64,000 bases of DNA from Calcarisporiella thermophila CBS 279.70 (lineage: Eukaryota; Fungi; Calcarisporiellomycota), in assembly GCF_041956535.1 (NCBI RefSeq), contig NW_027192208.1:273036-337035 (forward strand). The letters are read 5' to 3'. Positions within the stretch are counted from its first letter, which is position 1; the number at the start of each line of letters is the position of its first letter. Positions 14,401-25,331 of this stretch are shown in pieces. The notes under the pieces were generated by a model. It saw only the letters and a list, made by a program, of their open reading frames with translations, made no database searches and was not told the DNA's origin. The position numbers and the translations under genes are program-made.

Positions 14401-14628
14401 AGTGAAGGCAATCCAGAGGCACAAAAGGTATGGAATACCAAGGGAGCAGCATCACCCCTTCGATGCATAGAAATTACCCATGGAGAAAACGGTGCACCTC
14501 AAGTGATCCTTAATGATGACGCACAGAGAGTATCCGATGCAGTTGGCTTAAAGGATGGCGTACGAGTGTCAATTTCGCACAGCGGCAATTATGCGGTGTC
14601 ATTAGCCATTGCTGAGATATCCCAGTAA
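2465..14628 (+). CDS. FAS1: Single-chain fungal type I fatty acid synthase (FAS1+FAS2 fusion; AT-ER-DH-MPT-ACP-KR-KS-PPT), 3957 aa; exons 2465-3272, 3346-4258, 4329-5130, 5204-10343, 10418-14628
   Basis: Exons sum to 11874 nt (3958 codons). [51 protein letters not shown] running in frame into [81 protein letters not shown]. Confidence 0.97.
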
Positions 14629-16346
14629 TACAACCTTAGACAATTTTTTTTAAAATTTTTTTTATATACATTCTAAACAAAATTATGAAATTTAACTTGT
14701 TCATATTGACAAAATTTTAAGAATTATGTGTGTGTGTGTTTCAATTTTCATGTCTTTATTTTTCCTTCCTTTATCTTTACATTTATCAGAATATGTTAAG
14801 TTTCCATAAATTTCTTGTGTGTGTTAATTTCCCTATTAAATCAAAATATATATTATTTTTTTTAAAAAAAATTAATGATCTTAAATCGTTAGAATTAGAG
14901 GCAATTGAAGAATTTTTGTAGAGATATAATCTTTACAAACATTTTTCAGGTCAGTTGGGAATATCTTCAATTAGATTTATTGTGGCTAAGATCGTGCAAC
15001 TTGTATGTTGCTTGATGTTTATTAGATGTTGTATCCCAATAGTTTTCAATGGAGAATGGTAGGCGTATATTATTAAATAATTATGATTATGAAAGCTATG
15101 TTTACACTTGTATATACCATCCACAAGAAAATCAGTGTACGGAGTTTATGACAAAAAGGTTGTTAGTAGGTAAAATTGGGCAGAGAGAGACTAAAATCCA
15201 GATCGATCCAAAGCAAAGGAATGTATCACCATGAAGTGTCATCAAAATCTCCCTTTTCACCAAGGTGGCTGGCAGTCCATCATATTATACAACGCAGGAG
15301 TATATATTTTACCGGTAGTGGCTCTTTGGAGAGTAAAATTTTTCATTACTCATGCTGCTTCTTATGGATGTACGCCATTTCAATAGCGGCTCCAGAGTGC
15401 GTGATCTCAATGCGAGATTAGTGTAGGTGTATAATATCGTCGAAGTGTGCTCGCGATATAGTTTACATAATATAAACAAAGACTAGTAGATATAGTTTGA
15501 ATAGCTTGCCATTGTCTTTGAGAACACATTTTTATCTGCACATTTTTCGTTATTCTTTTGTGGACAATAAAGTATGGCTGAGTTTATTGATTTGAACTTC
15601 GGGGTAATCCTAGATTGGACTTGCAAAGTTTACATAATTATGAAATGAATTACGAACCCTAACATATCACGATAAACCTAAGATTATCACCACAATAATT
15701 ACACGATGCTATCCCCACGAGTGATATCCCCATAACTCTGGTGTATATTCAAGATAAATTTTGATCTGAAATATTTTCATGAATATCGACCTCGTTCAAC
15801 GTATCATTCGTGACCTAAGAGGTTAACTTGTTTGTTTCGGCGTGATCAGTAGCAGTTCTGAAAGCCAGATTTTTTGGGATGAGAGGAAAGAGTTATGTAT
15901 CTATGAGATGCAAAACTTTTGTTTATCTGCATAAAGCACATCCCTCTCTATCTTATCAGCATTCAAAATAATATTGTTCTCATACCCCCTAGACATGTGT
16001 ATAGCTATATATTATTGTGGCCTTTTCCAAATTTATTTTGTTGGTCATAAGGGGGGTGGTATTACATAACTTTTCTGCCTGACTTTGTGATCTGCTCTAC
16101 AAATGCAACATTCTATCAACTTTATTTTTTATTATTGCTGCCATAAACTGTATGCAAATAGAGAGAAAACAATATGAAAGTGTATTATTATTATTAAGCG
16201 AAGAGAGAATGAAAGTTATCGGGTATACCGAATCCAGCCTGGAAAAAAAAAATTGGTATAAATTGGAGCCCATACGCGTCTAGTTCTCACCAATCCTCCA
16301 CCTTCACTCTCCCTCCTCCTCCCTGACAGCCTCTCTTCCCAACGCA

Positions 16347-18242
16347 ATGAAACTTGCCACTCTTTTAACCACTGCTTTGGTAGCTTTTACTTTGCAGGCC
16401 GAAGCTAAGAAAAATATTGTGGGTTACTTTCCCAACTGGCTTTACGCTAAATTTCCTGTGGAACAAATTCCTTACAGCAAGTATACTCATCTGAACTATG
16501 GTAAGTTGGCTATATTCTAGACATCTCACTCCACCTCTCATCCCATTTATCTATCCAATCGAATAGCCTTTGCAATTTTGAACAAGGGTAATGAGCCCCA
16601 TTTCACCGATGACTGGGCTGTCGAAAGCCAGCTCCCTAAAATCGTGAAGGGAGCGCATGCGGCGGGGACAAAAGTGTATCTCTCAATTGGAGGCTGGACC
16701 GGATGCATCAAATTTAGTCCCATGGTTAAGTCTGCCGAAGGACGCAAAGCATTTATTAACTGGAACATCAACTTCATTAAGAAATACGATACCGATGGTG
16801 TAGACATCGACTGGGAATACCCTGGGCGTGCAGGCGCTGCATGCAATATAGTCGATCCGCAAAACGATACAAATAACTTTTTGGTGCTGTTAAAGGAGCT
16901 TCGTGCAGCTTTAGATAAGGAATTTCCCAGCACGCACAAAGACATCACCATGGCGGTGCGAGTTCAACCTTTCGATGGCCCCAATGGTAAATAGGAAACA
17001 TTTAGAAGGTTAAATTCACAATTCCACTGACGAAGTATTTATATATCTCTAGGGCCCCTTAAGGATGTATCGGAGTTTGCTAAGGTGGTAGATTTATTCA
17101 ACATCATGGCATACGATATTAACGGTGCTTGGGCCCCCATCACCGGCCCCTTGGCACCTTTCGAGTTTGAGAGCGGCAAAGCTGGTAAATACTTGTACAT
17201 TGTTCTACATTGTTGTGCAAGCTCCCCTTAACCTCGTTTTATAGCTCCTTACTCCTATGTTCAGGGAATCCATGATTGGATGGCTGCTGGTGTTCCTGCA
17301 AGTAAAATTAATGCGGGACTTCCCTTCTACGGCCGTTCAATCCAGGCAACAGCGGACATGACTTGCGCGAATCAGTATGTTTCTGCCAGGACCGGAGCTC
17401 CCAAGGGCGACAGCGATGACGCCTACTGGCAAGATCCTAACTGTAGCAAGGAGCCTGGAGGTCTCTCTGGGATTTGGAAATGGAAGAACTTGGTAATATT
17501 TGGCGAAATGGGTGCTAAATAGAATGGCCTTCTTATCATTTTTTCCACATAGCGTTCGGAAGGTGTGTTGAACACCCCCACTAGTGCCACCGGTAACTGG
17601 ATTCGATGCTTTGATCAGAAAACAAAGACTCCCTGGCTTTTCAATAAGCAAACTAAAGTCTATGTCTCGTATGATGATCCCGTCAGCTTGCAACACAAGG
17701 TTAACTACGCTCTCTGCAAGGACTTAGGAGGAGTCATGGTCTGGGACCTATCGAATGACTACTACAACGGCAAATTCGAACTCCTCGACGTCATTCAATC
17801 CATCCATGGTAACAAACCCGGGAATTGCGACAGCTTCCCCACCACAATTGACCCCGGACCAACCGTCACACCTACCCCTACTGATAAGCCAACGGACACA
17901 AGCAAACCGCCTACAGATACCCCGACGCCGACGCCAACTGACGGTCCTTGCTCTAACGGCCAGACTCGCTGCGTGGATGAAGGGAAAAAGCCCGAGTATC
18001 AAATCTGCGATGCCTCCAAGTGGATCACAATGTCATGCCCTGCGACTTTAGTGTGCAGAGGTGGAAATGGAGGTGTATACTGTGATTACCCATCGAAAAA
18101 TGCGAAAGCTAACCTTAAAGGCAAGCCAAAGAAGGATACTCCCTCCCCTCAACGAACCACGGTACCTCAGCCGCAAGAAAAACAAAAAAAGGCCGACCGA
18201 AATGAACAGCGCCGCATAAGGCGAATGGTTGCTGGCCTCTAA
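16347..18242 (+). CDS. Secreted GH18 chitinase with PT-rich linker and CBM19-like Cys domain; exons 16347-16500, 16567-16986, 17053-17184, 17245-17492, 17553-18242
   Basis: Signal peptide MKLATLLTTALVAFTLQAEA; VGYFPNW, YTHLNYAFA, SIGGW, catalytic DGVDIDWEYP, NIMAYD, GLPFYGR, SYDDP, LGGVMVWDL; C-terminal CSNGQTRC..YQIC..W..MSCP..LVC..YCDY. Confidence 0.93.
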
Positions 18243-19672
18243 ATTCATTAGGAGCGAGCCTCGATTCGACTTAATTCTCCTCTTTGTATTTTTTTCTATG
18301 CTTATCTAATTAAGTGTTCTTATTATAATTATGTCTCTCAGAAAATTGCAATGAGAGTCAGGTTTGCCTAATGGTTAATTACGTTTGGTTGCTGGGAATT
18401 ATAAATTCAATGTAGAACAAATACTACCTCTCAATAAACATATTGTATTGAAGGTCACAAAGGAATAATACAAGGATGCTAGACCCTCGATATTAGAGAA
18501 ATTATTTTCAGTGTCAATAATTTTAAAGCCCTTTGTAAAATAGTCACTAAGGTTATCAGGGGATAAGTGAGGCTAGATCCAGACATGCAGGTTTGCTGCA
18601 TCGCAAAAAAGATATCGGACTAGGTATCTCAATATTCGCTTACAGGCGCCGTAGAACACTAAGTATAAAAGTATAAAATATATTGAAGTTTAAAATAATC
18701 ACACTTGTCAAAATATTGCTACTAAATAATTCACAGTCTATAATAGACGCTACACAATCATTAATATTATAGAAATATCTTAAAAAAACTTGCCAAAATA
18801 ATCGGGTCAGAAATTTTGCCTTTCTATCCCAGTATTGGATTTTATTAAAATTGAAGTAGGAATTTGGGTAAGTAAATACGTTAACAGAATGCTGCAGTGG
18901 AGTACATGTTTACTTTGTAGTAATTTATTTTAGTTGTATCAATGAGATAAGCTCTAGCGATATCAGTGCCAGTAATTTTTGTAATTATGTAGTTAGAAGA
19001 TACTATGAGCTGTAATTTTCGCATAATTTCTGTTTATTTTGTCGAAAAATTTATACACCACCTGACATTTAGAAAGATCCTTAGTTCTCAGAGATTTTAT
19101 CATAATTTCATAATCATCATCTGGTAATAAGTATTAACTTAAATAGCTCAATTTTTTTTGACCAGTGTTAGCATCTGCGCAAAACATTTCTAAATTATTC
19201 TCATTCACCAGAAAGGTGTTGATAGAAAGAGCTACATTTTAGCCTATTGCGCATAAACAAGTCGTTATTTTATTTTATTATCAGACCTGGGGGCAATTAT
19301 TTGGGAATATCAGACTTGATTTTTTTTAATGCTTTTCAACCTTTTTACTCCCAATATGAAGAGTTCAAAATCCGTGAGACTCAAGAAAAGAAATGGATAA
19401 TTCGGGATATAGGTGAGGCATATTGAACGAAGAGTGTCAAGAGCTAGCCACCAAAGCAACATCAACACTAAATTTCATATAATTGCAATTGAAAACCTGA
19501 CGTCAGAACTGTCAATAGAATCTCGGGCTATCAATTTCCTTTTTAGAAAAATATGCCCAACAAATAAGAGATTGGTCGAAAGTGCGACGATATTTCAAAT
19601 ATATAAAGACTTCGCCGTGCTCCTTTTCTTTCTTCACTATTCTTTCTTTCCTCTCTTATAACTCTAAGCACA

Positions 19673-20000
19673 ATGGGGTCAGTGTGTAGTTGCATAGCTG
19701 TAAGCTTTCATTCTATATCTCGTTTATGAATTGCTTTAACACTTTGAAGCAATAGCTAATAATTCTTTAACAATTATTATTTCACACATAAAGGGTATTT
19801 TCTCTAGCATTGGTCATTTTATAATGAGAATTGTCTCTAGCATTGGCGGATTCATTAATGCCATTGTTAGCGGTTAGTATTATTTATTCCACTCTTGGAT
19901 GGTAGCTATATATCTAAATATTTGCTTCCCTTTTCTAGCGGTGTTCGGCTTTATTTCCAGTATCTTTAACTCCATCGGTCGATGCTGTAGATGCTGCTAA
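19673..20000 (+). CDS. 55-aa microprotein of unknown function, MGSVCSCIAGIFSSIGHFIMRIVSSIGGFINAIVSAVFGFISSIFNSIGRCCRCC; exons 19673-19699, 19794-19872, 19939-20000
   Basis: Two canonical introns (gtaagc..aag, gttagt..ctag) give a 168-nt ORF ending in TAA. TATA-like TATATAAA near 19600 and a CT-rich leader. The 11-residue periodicity continues across exon junctions. Not in the ORF track. Confidence 0.72.
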
Positions 20001-20237
20001 CACGACCCCGCCCTTATTTCTGCCCTGAGGGCGGGGGATTTATTCTAACTCTAATGTACCTTCTATTCGTTAGATAATGTATATCATTAGTATGCCTATT
20101 TTGATCAGTTTTTCACTGTATTTTGGCTAATAAATAGAGTTTATTTTCTGAGAAAAAAGGGTGATATACTGCAGCCGCATCAAGCGGAAACGTAAAAAAA
20201 AGAATAGCACAATAATAATAATACAGGCGTATTTTGA

Positions 20238-20763
20238 TCAAACCATCTCTATTACTGGTATATAGCCCGCACGGCGGTCTCTAATTCTGGATATTGCCTC
20301 GCTTAACAAAGAGCCAAGCAGCAACCCCGCGCTAATCCCGAGCATGTTGGCCTATTTTATGTTTAAATGTAAATTGAGAAAAATCTTTATTGTTAAGATT
20401 GTAACCAGTCGTTACCACAATATCTTCTGGGTCAAAGGTACGATACTAGAAAGAATAAACATTAATACGCTATCTACACAATTATGGCCACATTTTATTA
20501 CTCCCTACCGGTAAAAGTCCCTGCACAAGTTCGCTGAAGATGCCTGCAGCGATCATTACCCCTAATGTGAGTACTACTCGATAAAGTAGTGGTTGATTCC
20601 ATACAAAAAAGAGTGTCAACGTGAGGAGACCGAATCCACCACTATGAAGAAGTTTATCCGATACGCCCAGATATGGGAGAGGTGCAAAGCCAAGGATGCA
20701 GAGAATAATCAATTGAATTAGCACGCATGATAATAATGACGGATTGATAGATGTGAATTCCAT
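20238..20763 (-). CDS. Small VanZ-like membrane protein (3 exons)
   Basis: SDKLLH..FGLLT, SELVQGLLP|YRTFDPEDIV|ANMLG motifs typical of fungal VanZ-like proteins; stop TGA at 20238-20240. Confidence 0.8.
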
Positions 20764-20953
20764 CTAAGCAAATGTAATATTAAATTGTATTTGAGAAATT
20801 TTCTTAAATTTTAAAGTGCACAATAATATGGAATAAAATATCTATCATTTTGATATTGTTTTAATCCAAGACAATCCGGAATTATTTATTAGTTGTATAT
20901 AGCTGAAATATATCTATAATATAGATAATAGAACATGTATATAATATGATTGG

Positions 20954-23586
20954 CTACAACCCAACATGGAACAATAGCTGCTTTTTGCTCTTATTTTTCT
21001 TCTTTTTTCCTCCTATTGAACCCTGCTCGTCATTTCCATCCGACGATACATCCGCCCTTGCCTCCTCATTAGGCTGGTTCCATGCTTTGGTTGTTGGACC
21101 ACTGTCTTGGAAGGGAGAAAGCCGATTTCTCCCACCTACGACGATGCGGTTTTGTCGTGGCGCGGAGGGTAAGGACGGGAAATCTTCGTCGAGACGTTGA
21201 ATCTGTGATCCTGAGCGAGCAGCCCATGAAGCAGAACTTGAGCCGATGCCTGAGGAGGTCCCAGATGAAGTTTGAACAAATTGAGGTTGCGTTTGCTTCG
21301 TTACCGGACTTGGTGAAGAAGAGGACCATGCCGTTGTACTTTGTCGAGAGGAACTTGATAAATTGTCTGGTAATTGCGGTACTGTCCGTTGTGATTGAGA
21401 GGCGGCAGCAGCAACTCGATCCCAAACATTTTTTGAAGCTCTTGCAGAAACTCCTCGAGATTTGACTGCCAGGACTCGTGATTTCCCACTGGAAGAGGAT
21501 GAGGGCGAAGCCGTAACTCCAATGCTTTCCAGCATAGGAAATTGTTGCTCCTGAAGCAAATAATATGCGGCAGTTAAAATCAGAGTTCTTTAAAAATAAT
21601 CCCCCAGTATTTACCAAAGCTCTCCGGTCATTCCAACATTGTTGAAGTTCAAATCGCTTATCGTCTTTATCTAATAAATCAAGTAGTCCTTGGATTGTTT
21701 TTCCTACAAGTTCTGTATTGTTCCCAAATAATGCTAGAAGCGCATCCACATAGTCGTCCACTGGCATCATAGAAGTACGGAATGTAGATGTCAATGTACG
21801 GAATTGTCCTAATTTTGTATTGTCTCCTTTTAAATAGCCCCTTAAACGGTCCAGATAAGCTTGATGCCGACTAAAAAATAAGTATAAATCAGTACTATTA
21901 GACATTCAGAGATAATCTTTCGAAATATATATATTGTTACCTGGCCATCTGAGTGTCAAATGTAGAGGCTGCACTTTCTTGAGTAGAATTTGAGTTCGTC
22001 TGCACAATTGGCTCTAAAGTGACAGAGTTTTCATGCGATGAGTGTACGATTGATGTTGACCTGCTACTATCCGAAAGTGCTCCGAATCCAGCCGGAACAT
22101 TAATTGCTGGCTGTCGAGAACGGTTCCTCTCTTGTGAGATGCGAAGGGCACGCGTTGCTCGAGAGATATCATTTCCATTAACGCTACGTGATTGGCTGTT
22201 TGTATCTGTTTGTAGTGGTCTCTCCTCTCTTTCATTTTGCTCTTCTGATCGCCCTTGTCTTCGTGAACGTCTACTGGAACGCTCAGACTGATTGGTCTCA
22301 TTTGAATAAGTGAAATTGACTTCTATCTGCCGTAATTGCCGTATTCGTGCCCTTTGACCCCCCCCCAGAAGCTCCAGCATGTTCTTCAGCCTTTGAAATG
22401 ATATAATAATTTTTTTATCAGTAAAACAGTTAATATAAAGATATACAGGACGAGTTGCTTATTACCTCATGTGCTTTGAGATCTATATCAGTTTCGAATA
22501 CAACAAACTTCTTTTCCAGACATGCAGCATGACCACAAATGTAATGGTCTCGACGAAAATGCTCTGCCTAGTAAATTAGAGGAAAATGATCTAGATTTCG
22601 CCGTGAAAATAGAAATGCAACAGCGTAAATGATATTACCAAACTATCATAATTAGCATAGTATTGATGGCGTCCAGTACCATTCCGCACGCAAATAAAAC
22701 ATTGCTCGTGTTTATCTCGGCAATGTTCGAAGAGCTCGTCATCTCCGTAATAAGAAATTCGACAGAATTGACATTCAGGATGTCCTTTAAAACCAGACTG
22801 GTTTTCGCCTTTTGAATCATCGCCATACTTGTAATGTTTATTCAATTGCGCGGGAGTAAATAATGTGTGCTCATGGGCAAATATCTTTTTGTGGCGAATA
22901 CATAAATCGCTAATAAACCGAAATGAAAAAGATTAGAAATGGAAACGTTAGAAGCGAATTAGATGATAGATACCAAAGAGACATCCCGTGATTTTTCTTT
23001 ACATGTCTCTTCAATTCACCCCAACCTCCATCGCATGAAATATCGCAGTTGGGATCTGGACAGTTAAATCTTAACATTATCATTGTGTCACCATAGATCT
23101 GTTCATCTTCAAAAAGAATTGAAAGTTTTTCATCGGAAAAGGGTAATTCGCGACGATTGTAGTCTTCAAAAGGCTTTGAAGAATCCCGAGTGAAAATCAC
23201 ATCCTGTTGTTCGGTCTATTATTACAACATTAGTACGTATTTTGACAAAATCTTTTATTCAAGATTACTACCTTACAGTAGACGCACAATTTTGATTTGT
23301 AAAGAGCACGAAGGCGTAAGCAGCAAAGATGGCACGTTCGATGATTGCAATCGGTTACTGAGTAGTATATAACAGGCTCAGCACAAATGAAGCAAAGATC
23401 CTTGGCATCTTTTGGAGTAGTGGTTTCTTGCATTTCTTTCTGCTCCAATTCAGCATTCGGTTCAGATTTTTTTTCTCGAGTAGAATGAGGTGAAGTGGAC
23501 TGATGCTTTTTAGACGGATTTCTGCCTGCAATCCCACCACGCCCTTGGCGCCCACGTCGCCCTCCACGATTATTCTCAATGGACAT
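20954..23586 (-). CDS. HEL2: E3 ubiquitin ligase Hel2/ZNF598 (ribosome-collision sensor), multi-exon
   Basis: N-terminal RING CFICAEP..CNHRTCHLCCLRLRALYK..CVYCK; zinc fingers (FKGHPECQFC..DELFEHCRDKHEQCFIC); EDFPSLP motif; C-terminal KKKKNKSKKQLLFHVGL. Confidence 0.92.
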
Positions 23587-24300
23587 ATCTTGTTAATATT
23601 TTATTTTTTTTTCCTTAACAAGAGCCGGTGAACTGTTCTGTGTCAAACAATAAATTTCATCCTCCTGCACGTCACAAAATCGTGATGTCAATAATAGGCC
23701 AGACATGAATTTCAACATCATCGCATGTTTACCCTCTCCGATTTTTCGATGAACTAGATTCCCACTATTTTGGAGTAGAAAACAGATACCTAAATATGCC
23801 CCTCCTGTGAGTTTTACTTATTAATTTGCTTTTGAATAGTAGCAAGCACTTTGGTTTTTCCTATAAAATATCGTTCACTACTACTAGATAATTAACCTGT
23901 AGTAGTTAATAAATGTGCTCTTTTAATCAAAAACAGTTTCGTCGACTAGTCTAGCTATTTGGTAAAAAAAGCAGGCAGAGCAGAGATGGATAAGGCAATA
24001 TATCGTTAAAAATATGTTTGAGAAATCTTTGAAGTTTAGAAAAATAGAGACCGAATTCATTTACACAATCAATACACGTATTCTGAAATATTTAATTTTA
24101 AAATGAGCTATAGTTTTACGGAACTTTTTTTTTTGAGATCCAAGCAACGTGTCAATTTTAATTATGTATAAAGCAAAGGTACTTACTGAATTATGGATAT
24201 ATCACGGCTAGTTCTTTATTTTCATTTTGCCATTTACAAAGACAAAAACAGTACCTTATACGTATCTTTCATGATATCGAATATACACTTATTCACCTCC

Positions 24301-24852
24301 TCAATAGTGATGGTATTTATCACATCCATAGGGGATATCGTAGCAGTACGGGACTCTGTGGTAGTATGGAGTGCAGCAGCTATATGGGACACAGCAGCTA
24401 TATGGGATACAGTAGTCGTACGGGATATGGTGGCGATATCCATCACATCGCTTCGCGACGGTGTTCGTCGTGCTAGCTACGTTGAACACGTTGGCATTGT
24501 TAGCCGCATCGGTGCATTCATTAGCTTTGACGTTAGCAGCCAGATTCGCGCGATGATCAAAGCAGTTATCCACGTTGGCAGCATTGGCATAATATGCGTT
24601 GTTATAAATGAAGGGATAGCACCCATATCCACCATAACCGCCACATGGATAGCACCCATATCCACCATAACCGCCACACGGATAGCCTCCATACGCGCCA
24701 TAATCGCAATATCCGCATGGATAGCCATAATCGTACCCAGCGCAACGCTTGTCAACAAGGTAATCTTCTTCAGCGAGCGAAGAGGCGAAGGAAGGACAGA
24801 AAAAGCCAAGTAGGGCAAGAGGAAGAAGTACAAGGGAGCAGTTCTTGAACAT
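24301..24852 (-). CDS. Secreted Cys/Gly/Tyr-rich repeat protein (183 aa) with two KR dibasic sites; function unknown
   Basis: Intronless ORF. Hydrophobic signal peptide, acidic pro-piece LAEEDYLVDKR, CYPCGGYGGYG repeats, Asn/Ala-rich middle, AKR, then xPYxxx repeats. Confidence 0.8.
   Translation of the reverse strand: MFKNCSLVLLPLALLGFFCPSFASSLAEEDYLVDKRCAGYDYGYPCGYCDYGAYGGYPCGGYGGYGCYPCGGYGGYGCYPFIYNNAYYANAANVDNCFDHRANLAANVKANECTDAANNANVFNVASTTNTVAKRCDGYRHHIPYDYCIPYSCCVPYSCCTPYYHRVPYCYDIPYGCDKYHHY
24615..24690. repeat. 33-nt tandem repeat (about 2.3 copies) encoding CYPCGGYGGYG on the minus strand
   Basis: gatagcacccatatccaccataaccgccaca(t/c)g occurs in tandem. Confidence 0.85.
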
Positions 24853-25331
24853 TTTGTCTGTGTTTGTTCTTGATTGTTTTTTATTCGAAGTGTTCTGAGT
24901 GAGTGGAACTTTTCAAAAGGTACGCTTTTATATTCATTTCAAGCATAAGACTCAATCATTATTTCTGCATCTCCCACTTGATCATATCTCTCAAACAAAA
25001 GAATTATTGCTACTCTAATTGATATCAAATTTTAATGGCACATATTTGATGAATTCCTAAGCAATGTTAAGATCAATAAACACTTGGAAGCCAATTCGGT
25101 CTTTTAAGGCATGCGACCTTCGGCAAATGCATTTAGGCTTATGTAGAGAGCTATGGCGCACTCAAACAATCGTGCGTGACGCCTTTAAACAATATAGTTG
25201 GTTTCTGTTGAGCCTGTAGAGCCATCCTATGAACAATATCTCAATGGTTTTAAAGTCTAGTCTCAGAGTATAATAGTTTGAAAACGATTAATTTTTATTA
25301 TGAAACAGGTAATAAGATATATATACGGAGG

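Noticed and set aside
14900-16250. Possible degenerate gene or transposon relic between FAS and the chitinase
   Set aside because: The frames I read are interrupted by stops with no recognisable motif; no terminal repeats seen.
24193-24813. 206-aa plus-strand ORF with IAPISTITAT repeats
   Set aside because: Antisense of the Cys/Tyr repeat gene, which has the signal peptide and KR logic.
2465-24852. FAS plus neighbours as a secondary-metabolite cluster
   Set aside because: No PKS/NRPS, tailoring enzyme, transporter or cluster regulator nearby; neighbours are unrelated genes, consistent with the primary FAS.
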